Source: Paragordius varius (Eukaryota; Animalia; Nematomorpha). Taken from it: 64,000 nt of DNA. The stretch spans positions 1,178,001 through 1,242,000 of the forward strand of contig OZ176056.1 of NCBI GenBank assembly GCA_964247055.1. The letters are read 5' to 3'. The first letter of the stretch is position 1, and each line of letters opens with the position of its first letter. A model generated the notes under the pieces. That model worked only from the letters and a program-made list of their open reading frames with translations. It was not told the origin of the DNA and did not search any database. Below are positions 51,001 through 63,870 of this stretch, in pieces. The position numbers and the translations under genes were made by a program.

Positions 51001-54000
51001 GTTAATACCATAGAGCTCTTTTTTTCCATTCTTTACCAAATATTTATACCAATTTAACGAAAAAAAATAATTTTTGATAAAATATTTCGTAATATATATA
51101 AATATATACAAATTATTCACCAATTTAGCAAAATTTATCCAGAAAATTTGAATATTTAAAAATTTTATTGGCATATTTTCCCATTCATTATATTTTCATA
51201 TTTAATTGATAATTTACAAAATATGTTGAAGGACGGTGTAGGATACCCCTGAATAAAACATAATTTTAAGAATTACATCATTTTTAATCTTGTAAAAGAA
51301 TAATACCAGTTATTTAAATTTTTTGTGCATAAATATCGAAGAGTTTTGTCTTAAAAATTTATTTCTAATTGAAATTAATCATGGAAATAAATTAGTTGTG
51401 GCAGCGATCGGAATAGGTAAATGTCTTATAAATATATTTTTGCTTTATAAACTTCTTAGGTGCTCTAACTCCACAAGGTATTTCTTATAATTAATTTACA
51501 TCAAACATAAAATTTAGTAATTTTAACCGTTAAGATTTAGATTAAAAAATATAGAAATAATTAAATAATTATATTTTATCCAATATTTGATAAATATTGA
51601 TATTTATAAAATTCTTTATTGCTAAATTGATTTAATTTTCAGAATTACTTTAAATTTGTTTTAATGTTATATTTTGGACCATTTTACATAAATCTTTTAA
51701 ACTAGTTATTATTAATGGTTAAAATGAGGCTTTATTACGCTCATGTAATTCTTATGATTAAAATTTACCAAAAAAATAGCACAATAAAAATATTTTTTAT
51801 TAAGTTATATTAATCAATATTTTTAGTGGCAGGTAAACTATGATTTGATTTATATTGCAAATATTTTAATATTACCGGATAAAAGTTCAGGACAACCGCA
51901 ATTTAATACATAATTTATTATTTATTCGAAAATAAAATTTTTGAATTATGGTAAAATAAATAAATTACCTTATTCATACAAACAAAAGGGAAAAACTCAA
52001 AGAAAGATTTCTTTCTATAAAAGACAACTCTTTCTTAAAATCTTGACTTATTATAAAATTAACTTAGCCTTTTGTAGCTTCCAAAATGATATGAGATTTA
52101 ATAAAAACATGAATTTAATTTTGGGGAAAATCAAGGCAAAAGAATGATTAACTTTGTGAGAAATCCTTATTTTTAACGTTTTGTCCGTATAGTTTCACAA
52201 AACATATTCTTGTAACAATAAAGAACAAGTTTTGTTTCAAAGAGGCTAACTGATTTGACCTTTTTAAGATATGAACTTATATTAGTTTGTATGAATATAT
52301 CTAGTGTTATTTGATCCTAACTCTCCATATTTTAATTCAAAATTATTTTATTTAGTGCAAAGAAAATATGAAAACATTTATGTTTCAGCCATTACTTATT
52401 TTCTTTGAGTCGTATTTAAAATTGCTTCATTTCAACTTGTATGTATATATACAGTACAGTAAAAAGTGATATTATACGGACCAAACGTAAAAATATTAAG
52501 ACAAAATTTTTATTTCAAAAGACCACCATATTTTTCATAAAACTCTATAAAAATCATTTAATCGCAATAAATACATAATTAATTGTTTTTCCAATATACA
52601 TCTTTAATACATACTTTACAGTTCAAAACAAGGAATTATACAGTAAAAACTGAATATATACGGACAAGTAAAAATTTAAAAAATATTTTTTATATTTTTT
52701 TAAATCTAAATCTCCATATAAATTATTTAACAATATGTAAAATATGTAATTGATTGTGTTATCAATATATTTATATATCCAATTTTGCAAACAATTATTA
52801 AAATTTTAAAAAAATATGATTTAAAAAGTATGGTTGTCTTTTAGAAAGAAAATATTTGATTACAATTTGTCCGTCTAATTTAGATTTTTACTGTATATTT
52901 ATCATTCTAAACCGACAACATTACCAAGAAATCTGATAAGGAATAAAGAAAAAAAGATTTATTTGCAAGAATTGTAAAATATCAAAAATATATCTTTACT
53001 ATTTTTCAAAAGCTTAAAAATGGTTACATTTAATTGATTTTATTGCTTTTTGCTCTTTATGAGGTCCCCAAAAAATAACAACTAGTCAAAACTATTATTT
53101 AAAGTCAAGATCTATTTAAACATCGAAACATGAGCTTATTTTTTAGCGCGTTACTATAGTTTGCTGTGAAGGCCATTTAAGGCGAGACGAATGTATAAGG
53201 ACTCTGATTTTTATAAAAATTAATTTTGGCATATTGTCATTTTTTTCTAATAAAGCAAAATTAAAGAGTTAACTGACGAAATATATATATAAATTTAATA
53301 TAATTTTCTTTAATTACGATAATAAGTTATTCACCTACTATAACCATAAAAACATAAATTTTAGCCTTGTAATTTTTGTATGAATTTCCAACTTTATTTT
53401 GTTATTTTAATTAAATAATTTTTTTTTACTAATTGCTTTGTTTAAAAAACGGTCACTTCATCGATAATTTTTCATATTTTTAATTATATAAAAATATAAT
53501 TTATAATACAGATTTTTAAACATTTAGCTACTGTCCTCACAGGTAAAACTCAAATAATTTTTACAAATAAAAATATTGTAGATGGAGGTATATAATTTGA
53601 TCAAAAATTTATATGTTATGATAAAAATTAACTATCAAATTAACCATATATTATAAAATTTACTTTGGTTTATAAATTTTATTTTATTTTAAAATAGTTG
53701 AAATCACTGAGGGAGCCAAATTGGTTGAAACAATTGCTAATACTGGTAATATATATAAATATAATTAAATATTTTTAAAATAACTTTTTGTTTTGTAATT
53801 TTTGGTTTTTTAATATTACAATATGTAAACACACTGCAAATTATTAAAAAATTTTAATTGAAATATTTGCTGAAACCAATTAAAATCTATTTTGGAAATT
53901 TTTATACATTGATTAAAAATCTAAACATCTAGAAAATGGAGGCGAATTGGCTCAATTAGAACCAGGTAATGACAAGTTAGTGTTAATTTTTGGTGGCAAA

Positions 54001-55088
54001 ATAATTAACAAATTTTAAAATTTGTTCAAATACCATTATTTTTAGAAGCATTTTTTACTTTTTTTGACTGTTTTATACCCTAACCTATGTATTTTTGGGG
54101 GTTAGTGTTTAAAAATCAAAAAAACATACTTTTTAATTAAAACCAAATATTTAATTTTTATCAGGGCTCAGTATAGATCCACCAACAACTGAAGGTTTTT
54201 TTAATTCGGCATTATCTATTTATACATTATTTTATGATAATATAAATAAAAGAATTAGAAAATACTATTGTTGTTGAAAAATTAAGACACTAGCCTGTGA
54301 TTTTTATACTTTTTATCTGAAAACATATATTCTTTAGGTTCTGATAATACCATATCTGAAATTACCCCACAAAGCACATTAGGTTTTAATTAAAATACTA
54401 GCTAAATATTTTTATGATATACATATAATTTATTTCCAATTATATTTTAAACAGAGGCCACAGAACCCCAACCTGGACCATCCGGTCTTCAAAGAAGTAG
54501 ATTTTTATAAAAAAATTATTAGGTTATATGACCTTAGCCGTGCCCGCTTTCAAAAATATTCAAAAACATCATATGATATGGTGGATGTACAATTATGTTT
54601 ACAATAAATTTTTAGCTAAAAAATTTGCTTGTGTTTTAATTTAATAATATTTGGTTTGTAATTTATTAAAATAAATTAATAATGCCTATATTATTTTTGC
54701 TTCCAAAGTTTTTTAACATATAAGCAGTTTAACCCTAGGTCGGCTAAATATTATATCAATTATGAAATGTATGAGTCCATATCACATATCATGAAACCAA
54801 ATTATAAAAAATAGGTCTCCAAAAAAACTGATGAAAATTTTTTTAACCTTTTAATTAATATGCAATTAAAATAGACATCTTTAAAAAGATGTATGACAAT
54901 AAAATACCATATTTTACATAAAAGTTTAAAAATAATCACGAAATTATAAATTATATATAATTTGGCTAATTTATATTATGTAAATAATGCATAAACTTAG
55001 GGTCAGTTGACAGATAAAATTTAAGGCCAAAATTAAGTTAGTTTTTAAGACTCCATTTAAATTTTTGCTTATCCAGTTCTGATCTTAA

Positions 55089-55132
<44 letters not shown>

Positions 55133-58100
55133 AAATTTAGACTCTGAGGTAGTTGACGATGATATAAGCGGTATAATTTACATTTTAATCCAAAAAAGAA
55201 ATATTTTAATATTTTAAAAGCCGATATTTTTTGCAAATAATGAATTGTTAAATATAGAGTTATTTATATATATAAGTAATCTAGACTTCTTTGTTTAAAT
55301 AAATTCAAAAAAATAAATTGGGTACTCAGCATTTTTTAAAACAAAAGGGGATAAAGTCATTTGAGATTGTAAATTCCTTTTTATTAAGCTTCATTTATTT
55401 GGATTAACAAATATATATTTTTTTAGAAAGGTAACCATAAAACTTTTCATCACTTTATATATACACATAAAACTCCTCTATCAAAATTGTTTCAGATCGG
55501 ATAAATTTGACTTAAATACGATTAAGGTTAAATCAACAATTTATAATTTCTTTCGTATATCAATTAAGGACTTAGGCCAAGTATACTATTTATAATATTT
55601 TACATAAGGCAAAAGATTTAAAACCAGCCATGCCAGAATCGTTCAAGGTAAAAACTAAAAAAAATTTCATACTTTTTCAAAAAAGAATTTTAATCCACTT
55701 CAATTATAAAGGCCGACAAATATTGGAGCGTATGTTTTTCAAATCTAAAATTTTTCATATTAAATATTTTTATAAAACACATCTTTTAAAGCTAATTAAG
55801 CAATTTTGAAAACCACTTTTGCAAATATTATATATCGTTTTGATTTTAACGCTATAAACCATATATTTCAGATGTCGAAAATTTGAATACAGGTATTTAG
55901 TAATTTATTGATATATTGAATATATTTACATAATTTTACATCTGTAGAAGGATCTAATCTTATGGAAGGTATATGCCTTACTTATAATCAATATTGATAA
56001 AAATTAAAATTATAAGGACAAAGCATGAAAACTAACGCCTGGAAAACCAGGTCATAAAACCAAAATCAGAATGTTTTCTGCTCGGTTATAACCACAATCG
56101 GGTTGTAAAAAATTTAAAATAAACAGCCTGGCTTATAGTATAACTTTTTAATACCGGTTTTTAACAAACCGATCTCTTAGATGTATACTGACTTTTCAAT
56201 AAATACGTTTTATAAAATTTATTTATTTTTAAAATATAAACCGAAATTCAACTGTTATAAATTAAAATTTATTGGAAGAATGATGATAAAAAGTATAAAG
56301 TTAATGTATAATTTATCATTATCACATTCTAAAAAAATTATTTAGCTTTAATGCATTGAAATGAGCAAAAAGTATTTGTAAAAAACAAATATATAATTAT
56401 CGAGAAGTTTGTTTAAAAACATAGTCTTACTAAAAACTTAAGTTACTTATATGGATATTTGGCTAATTTAAATAATTTAGGTGTGAAGAGTTTTCATATT
56501 TTCCCATTTTTTCTAGTATTGGTTTATGAATTTATACTGGTTGTACGCTTTTAAGAGACTTGTGTTTTTGTATAAAGCCAGATTAATTTAAACCGCAGCC
56601 CTAAAAGCTCTTTTACGGCCCATTAAAATTTTTAAGGAAATACCACTGCGATTGACTTTCAATTCCCTTTAATCCTTATGAGAGGCCAGTGCCCTAAAAG
56701 ATAAATAATGCAAATAACCAAGAGAAACAAATGTTTTGTGTTTTAACTCTTTTATTTAGTAGCACGTTTAAAAATTTTACCATATTTGTAATATAAAAAT
56801 CTTTAAAACATAAAAAAAAAATCAAAAAAACTTAAATCTGATTTTTTATATCTAAATGTATGACTTAAAATAATTTATAAGATTCCAATAAGGTTTAAAT
56901 TACTTTATGGCAGCTGATATATTTTTAAAATTTAATTTGAATTTTAAAAAGCTCGACTATATAACACTAGTCGACAAATTTGGACATTTTTAAGCACCAC
57001 CACTCAAACTTTTTAAATTATGACTAATATCAGTGTTTTAAAACCGAATTTGAAAAAACTTTTGATCCCGTTAATCAGAAATTTGAAATTTTATAGGTTT
57101 TTCAATTTTTCAAAAACAAGAGAAAATCAAGAGTAACCTTATAATAAAATGTTATTATATTATTAACTTAATATCATTTAATAAAGCGTTTTAAACTCTA
57201 TCTTTTGAATATAAATATGTCATTTAAATATCAGAGAGAAAAAAATAGTACGGACTTAAACGTCAAAATTTAGCCTTTTTTTTCAAGTGAATTTTTAACA
57301 CTATAAAATTTTTTAAATACTAAAATAGGCATTCTATGGTTTAAACCTTCGGCTTTCAGATAGGCTATATTTTTTTGTTAGATTTCGTTCTTTCGAGTAC
57401 TTATTAGACTATTTCTCTTGAGTTGGTTCTTATAAAAAATCCTTCTATTTATACCTAGTGGATATACCTTATTTTTTGAAATTATTGGTTGTTTTGTATT
57501 TTGAATTTCAGATGGATGTTGTGTAGCTACTTTTAGTGTTGAACCATTTGTATTTACCTAATTTATAATCAATTTGATTGTAGAATTTATCTAACTTTAT
57601 TCTGTAAATTGGTTAATTTGACATTTGCAAGTCTCTCTTATCGGACTTTACCATTACTTATTGTTATCTTTGTCATAACTGGCATAATTATAGGATCGCT
57701 TGGGGGATATATAGAGCTTGTGCAGCCGCCCATATCTATCACACTATACATAAGCCCCTTTTAGATTTTTAATACTTTGGCTCTTAGCTTGTTTAGTATC
57801 TTATTTAATGCCTAGAATTTGTTATCCCTTCATGGAATATTACTTGTATCGACTTGCTTGTTTGAATATTTAAACATATGTACACGAGGAATGATAGTTA
57901 TTTTTGAATTAAATAAAAATTTAAAAATTTAATTTTGGAAAAATCCGTGGCCTCAATTTTATTTTTTGTTTTGGCCTTTCCATGCCATTAGGTATCAGAA
58001 AATGCAAAAATAATGGGGTGGTGCAAAACCTTGTTGAGCAGTGTAATTATACCATTTTTAGTCAAAAGCGACATTTATTCATCGCAACATTTTTCAGCTA

Positions 58101-60588
58101 AAAGAACCATTTTTAATTTTATTTGGATAGAAAACGTTGCGTTTGGTTAAAAAATAATATGTAGAATCATGTGATTTCAAGATGGAATAACTTAAAAAAG
58201 ATTTTTTTGATTATATAATGTTTATTGTATTTTCCCAAGAACTGCTGAAGACTCTAATAAAATTAAACTATCAATGTTTTAGCATATATATACCGATTTT
58301 TATAAATCGATGACCTTTTATTTTTAAATCAATATAGCTTTGTATTACAATATACTCTTCAAACATTTTAGGATCTAATCTTAATCCTATGATTTTTATG
58401 TGTTATTTTGCATTTTATTTTTTAAAATCTTTAATTAAAATTATCCATATATATATAATTAGAATCAAAAAACTTTTTGGAGGAAACGCGAAATATTAGT
58501 AACATATTTTTATTATATAGTTTTTATTATAAAAATTATATTTAAAATATTTTGATTCGAGATTAGGTCCAGAAAATATAAGTAATTTTTATGGCAATAT
58601 AATTTATAAATTTTAATTAAATCATTAAATTTCATAAAGATCGGGCCCATATTGGTATTTTTTTAAAATAAATAAATGAAACTTGGTTTAATAAAAAAAA
58701 TAATTGTAGTAAAGATTAATTTAAGAACCCAGATTAGGATAAACTTTGCAAAAAAAGTTAAGTAATTTATATAAATTATGTTTAAATTAATTATTGTGAT
58801 TTAATTGGCGACATTAGTTTAAAATCACCTAAATTACTATTAATTACAATAAAATATTTGATTTAAATTAAACTGGGTTTCAAGGACACTTTCAAATAGT
58901 GATTTTCCAATCTTTTCTAAATTCAAATCACATGGAATATGGGATTAAAATTGTTAATATTTTAAAAATGATATTCTCTTTGATGGAAATTTGCTTTAAA
59001 GTTAATCTTTTGTGTTTTGCTTTATTATTTATATGATTTTATAGACGGCATGAAAATATCCATAAAATGTATACTTTATAATAATAAAAATTGAAAAAAA
59101 TTTCAAAATTCAATAAATTATATATTTCAAATTTAGATTTGAAAGAGCGCATTAGCAGTATATTTTTTGCATGGCTAATTTTGTTACAGACTTTAATATA
59201 TAAAAATAATATTTTTGGTTTTAAACAATATATATATATATATATCTAGATATGATGGACACTATTCAAGGTGAAATAAAGCTTTCTTTTTAATAAACGC
59301 AAAAACTTCCCAAAAAAGTTTTATTTAGGCTTAAATTAAATTTATAATATCTTAAAAAATTAATTTTAAATATTCTATTTTATAATTTATCGGTTTATTA
59401 ATTAAAGTAAAAATTGGAATTACACGGACAAAATGTAGATATTTTTTCTAAAAGACAACCATACTATTAAATCTTATTTTTAAGTCATCTGATGAATATT
59501 GGAAAAACAATCAATTTTATATTTTAAAGTGGTTAGTAAATATTTTATATAAGAAAAATAAAGGTATAAAAAGTATGGTTGTATTTTGAAATTACATTTA
59601 GTCCGTATAATCCAATATTTATTGTATATTTTAAATTTAATTACAATATAGGAATTTTATAGTTTTAATTTGAAAGAACATCCACGAAATTTTTTATTAA
59701 TACAAAAAAAATTAATTGGGTTTAATAAAAAATACTTTAAAAATTTGGTTTTAATTTATAAAAGCAACAAATTTTTATCCATTTAACAACAAAGGATCCT
59801 TATATAGCGGGCTTCATTTTTTCATAATTATGCTATCTTAAATTAGATTTAATCGACAAAGCAAATGAAAGTGAATAATTATAATATAATTATTATTAAT
59901 TATTAAATAAAATTGAAAAAAAATATATTTAAAAAACTTGACAAATTACTTAATTAATTATATAATTTTTTTCTTTTAAAATATTGTTAATTTGAATATA
60001 TCAAATATCTGGTTATATGGCATAATTTTAATTATTAATTTTATTTTTTTAGGTGCCATGATTCCAGATGCAGGAGTAGACGGTAATAAATTTTTTATAA
60101 AATTGTACAATATAATTTTATTTTTTTTAAAAAATTATTTTTAATAATTTTATTATTTCGATTGTAATTTAAGCAAATTGATAATCCTGTCATACATGAT
60201 GTCAAAATCAATAAATATAATTTGGAATAGAAAATTTGAAACCCATGTATAAATTGACTGTAAAATTGTATGTACAATATATTTCCTATGATAAAGAAAA
60301 AAATATTTATTTAATATTAATTATGAGTTCTTTATTTTATTTGTTATTCATTATACTCGATAATAATCAATATAAATTCTAATTTGGCAAAATAAACTAT
60401 TTTTTTATGATAATCCTAGATGCATTAGGCTTAGAGGAATCTGATATATCAAAAGGTATATATAGATAACAAACTATAACATACAGTATTAAACATTAAT
60501 AATATATATTTGCTCATGTGATATATAATTCCTAATTTTAGAAGTTTTGGAAGAAGCCATTAGAAATCTAAAGCCGGCACCTGAATAA
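46155..60588 (+). CDS. Gene B: micro-exon gene (MEG-like), secreted low-complexity protein of ~325 aa, about 34 exons
   Basis: Signal-peptide exon 46155-46227, then 47189-47212, 47389-47454, 47714-47724, 47982-48027, 49021-49064, 49441-49459, 50184-50215, 50499-50541. Symmetric phase-1 exons follow: 50611-50622, 51405-51416, 51460-51477, 51827-51832, 53528-53542, 53582-53587, 53698-53745, 53933-53965, 54165-54194, 54338-54382, 54455-54496, 55141-55170, 55569-55580, 55609-55647, 55712-55729, 55872-55892, 55948-55968, 58567-58581, 58640-58654, 59045-59068, 59137-59157, 59250-59270, 60053-60082, 60420-60455. Last exon 60542-60588 (EVLEEAIRNLKPAPE*). All are AG/GT bounded, stop-free and GC-richer than the flanking introns. 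Confidence 0.72.
48064..48348. mobile_element. MITE of the TATACCATTT / 21-bp subrepeat family, in a gene B intron
   Basis: TATACCATTTACAATT...AATTCACCCTCGAACAATT on the left and AATTGTTCAGGGGTGAAT...TGTAAACGGTATA on the right. Confidence 0.7.
48374..48649. mobile_element. hAT MITE
   Basis: TAGAGGTGTCCAAC ... GTTGGATACCCCTG, same TIR type as the 6425-9227 element. Degenerate TSD GTTTAAAG/GTTTTATG. Confidence 0.75.
49557..49737. mobile_element. Small inverted-repeat element (MITE-like)
   Basis: CATTTTAATGGTTGCTTATTTTACACTATAGTAGGGCAATTTGCAACACAG ... CTGTGTTGCAAATTGGCCTATTATAGTGCAAAATAAGCAACCATTAAAATG. Confidence 0.75.
52455..52895. mobile_element. MITE with TACAGTAAAAA...TACGGAC termini; related copy at about 59400-59620
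   Basis: TACAGTAAAAAGTGATATTATACGGACC versus GTCCGTCTAATTTAGATTTTTACTGTA. Similar ends at about 59403 and 59600-59620. Confidence 0.6.
56965..58050. mobile_element. Truncated copy of the CACTAG-ended element (inverted relative to 2250-3369), in a gene B intron
   Basis: Begins CACTAGTCGACAAATTTGG and is colinear with the reverse complement of about 2250-3369. Confidence 0.85.
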
Positions 60589-60670
60589 CTTATTTGTCAT
60601 ATATAAGATTTTTCTAATGAATATGATAGATGAAATATTGTAGCAAAACTATTCACTAAGTTATTTATCC

Positions 60671-60676
60671 AATAAA
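60671..60676 (+). promoter_or_regulatory. Candidate polyadenylation signal of gene B
   Basis: AATAAA 83 nt after the predicted stop. Weak evidence on its own in AT-rich DNA. Confidence 0.35.
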
Positions 60677-60859
60677 TATATTTGATATGTGTTTATATTT
60701 CTAATTGAAGGGAAAAATAAAACAAAGACTAATCGTTTAGAAGTAACTTTAAGTTAATTTTAGATGCTTGTAAATTATAGAAACTGCATTAGCCTTAAGA
60801 AAAAATTTACGTATAGATACTTTTCGAAATAGACATGCATCGCAAATATTGATTTAATT

Positions 60860-61110
60860 CAGGGTTGTCCAACGAACAACCCTCCAAGACCTCACGTGCG
60901 CCCCGCGAAATATTCGGAAAATCATAATTGGCAACATTTGCTCACAAAACCATATGAAAATTTATGTTTAAAAAAACATTTCTACATATACATCTACCCG
61001 ATTGGCAAAAACTGGAAAAGTTGTTTTTACGTTTGAAATAATAAATTATTTATAAATGCTCATAGATATTTTAAATGCGGCCCGCGAAATACTTGCTTTT
61101 GACACTCCTG
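60860..61110. mobile_element. hAT MITE
   Basis: CAGGGTTGTCCAAC ... TTGACACTCCTG, GCGGCCCGCGAA subterminal motif, TSD ATTTAATT/ATTTAAAT (7 of 8). Confidence 0.8.
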
Positions 61111-62863
61111 ATTTAAATTGTAAACATACTGTTAGTTTGCCCATTTTACTCATCTTTTTTATTTTCAAACAATATTCTTTATATAAAACCGCTGTTCTTT
61201 GTACCTCAATAAATATACATTTCTTTCATTTTATGCAGGTGGAATACCAGATAAAAATATAGGGTATTCGTACGTCAGAATCATAAAATATAAAAAATAA
61301 TTTAAAATTTATCAGAAAAGATAAATTCTAGTTTCTAAAATATAGAAAACACTTAATTTCACAATTAAAACCAACGACTCACTCCAAAACTAAATAAATG
61401 GTTAACACTTTATTACATTATCTGTACGAGAGCATGTTGAGGGTGGTTTTCTAGTCATTGCTTTTAATGCTACTGTTTTAAAATCTGTTCGGCTAAATTT
61501 ATTTTCTAATATCTTTTCTGGATAAAAAAACTTACATTTTTACATATAACTTTTATATCCTAGCGGATAACTCCAAAACATTTAAGCAAGTAGCTGATAT
61601 TAATAAATATCAAAAATTTCTATGTAATTTGAAAACTTTTTCATCATAATACATTTATTTACATGTTGTATTCGCAATTAAAAAAAAATTAATGGTAAAA
61701 ATGTCACCAAAAAGTTTATAGCCATTTTTTACCTATTTATTTTATAATGCGCCTAGGAGGCTAAAACAGCACATCATTAAATTTTGCCTAACGCTATAAA
61801 TATTTTTGAAATAAGGGACACTTGGTTGTAACACTTTGTCAAAAAATCATAAAGTGTTATGGAAAAAATAATTAAATTTTTATTTTTTAACAATTATACA
61901 CCAAAAAATGAAGTTTAAGTAAATTTTTTTAAATCATACTTTGTTAACACTTGGATAAAACACATTGATTTTAGTCCTTCAATTCAAATTAGGGTAGTTA
62001 AATACCCCAGGCCTGTTTAAAATAAAATATTTTTAAAATATGGAAGGAATTGAAGCCATGGCAAACTTTTGCCCTTATATAATATTAATAAACCGCTTGA
62101 TATTACTTTTAAGCTAAAACTGAATGGTAAAAATTTAGTCAACGTAACATGTGTGCAATGATAAAATTGAAAATAATACAAAGTAAAATGCTTTTTCTAT
62201 TTTTATTGACGTTAGATGTAATTTAAATAAAAATTTAGCTTTAATTTTACCCTTAAAATTAAAAGGACGATATTTTGCCAAAATTTTGTAAAATAAAAAT
62301 GTCGAAGTATTTTGACATGGAACTTTTTATTCAAAACAAAATTTTATTAAGATATTTTAGCTTATTAAAATAATCTTTATTAGGACTGAGGTATAAATTT
62401 AAATTAGGACCGTTTCTCTCAATAGTTTTTTAGAGTTTAATTTTAATTTAGTATGGGGTATTTAGATACAAATATAATCGAAGTGTTAAATAAATTTTTT
62501 CGCACACTACACATGGCCGTAGAATATTTTTTTAAGATTTGGACCATATTTTAAAACGTACCTCCTCTTGAATAATGAATTACCCTATAAAAATTGTAGC
62601 GGTCAAAAAATAATAAGCACAAATCGAATTACCAAACATATATTCTAAACTAATTTAAATAATTATTTTTTGATCTTAAATTTACAATATTATTTTTAAG
62701 TTTTATTTGGCTATTTTCATACTTTATAAGGAAATCATTAACGATAAATTTTGAGCTTAATAATGAAAATACCCTGTTCTATTATAAATTAGCACAGCTT
62801 CAATATCATACAATCACGTAATAACGCGTGTTTTTTCGCTTTAAATTATTATAATCAGATTTT

Positions 62864-63157
62864 ATGTCATCCGATATAAGCGTTTTGGATACATCGATAA
62901 ATAATATAAGTACTTCAAAACATGGTTCGCTTACCCTATCCAATCCCGAAGAATTTGTTATAAAATTTGGAGGAACCACTCTAATTCAAAAGGTAATTTT
63001 TATAATGTTTAAATTTAGATCCTTATTGCCAATAATGGTATAGCTGCGGTTAAATGTATGCGATCTATCCGAAGATGGGCATACGAAATGTTTCGAAATG
63101 AACGAGCGATAAAATTTGTTGTCATGGTGACTCCCGAAGATTTAAAAGCTAATGCTG
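62864..63157 (+). CDS. ACC: Acetyl-CoA carboxylase, first two visible coding exons (62864-62992, 63019-63157); gene continues beyond the window
   Basis: ...[16 protein letters not shown]|[46 protein letters not shown] is the unmistakable start of the eukaryotic ACC biotin-carboxylase domain. The start codon at 62864 is tentative (AG acceptor at 62857-62858). Confidence 0.97.
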
Positions 63158-63607
63158 GTAACATATACATCATTATAAGCAAGAGCAATTTTAATTAATT
63201 TTTTTTGACTGTTGATTGATTTAATATTCGGCTTGTTTAATGCTATCTCTAGTTAGTTTTCATTTTTTAATTAAATATAAATTCAAAAATTAAAAATTGG
63301 TTTGAAAATTAATTTATGGACTAATTTTATTTATTTTTCCAATTCCCCTTTAATCACCTCATATATAATTTTTAAAAAAAAACAACGCTTATAAAATAAT
63401 TAACATTTTGCTGATTTTTATGAACTTTTCTGATTTTTTAAAATAAACCTTCTCGAAATGGTTTGTTGGTATTTAAAACGCTCTAATCCATCATTTAATC
63501 TAAATTATTTTAAATTTCATGTAAAATAAAATACCATAACTGATAAAATTGTAAATCTCACAATTTAACTTTTATATATTCTTTAAAAATGCATTGATGC
63601 ATAAATA

Positions 63608-63650
<43 letters not shown>

Positions 63651-63666
63651 TAATTCCCCCTTAATA

Positions 63667-63870
63667 ATATACCATTTACAGTTCAAATTCACCCTTGAAC
63701 AATTGAAATTCACCCTCGAACAATTCAAATTCACTCTTGAACAATTCAAATTCACCCTCGAACAATTCAAATTCACCCTTGAACAATTGAAATTCACCCT
63801 CGAACAATTCAAATTCACTCTTGAACAATTCAAATTCACCCTCGAACAATTCAAATCACCCTAAAAATAA
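63667..63870. repeat. 21-bp tandem repeat (~9 units) expanded inside a TATACCATTT-family MITE in an ACC intron
   Basis: AATTCACCCT(C/T)GAACAATT(C/G)A units with variant order A-B-C-B-A-B-C-B. Confidence 0.9.

Noticed and set aside
53160-53192. Extra gene B exon candidates (53160-53192, 50271-50276, 49902-49908, 56017-56050 with 56279-56292)
   Set aside because: They are frame-compatible but have weaker splice sites or need compensating partners, so they were left out of the core model pending RNA data.
61400-62640. Small minus-strand gene head-to-head with ACC (PPRRIIKIN-SRTDFKTVALKAMTRKPPSTCSRTDNVIKC*)
   Set aside because: Two exons join in frame, but no start exon chains consistently and much of the interval is MITE sequence.
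63558-63854. 98-aa ORF with NCSRVNL repeats
   Set aside because: It is a translation of the 21-bp MITE minisatellite plus a (TA)n tract, antisense within an ACC intron.
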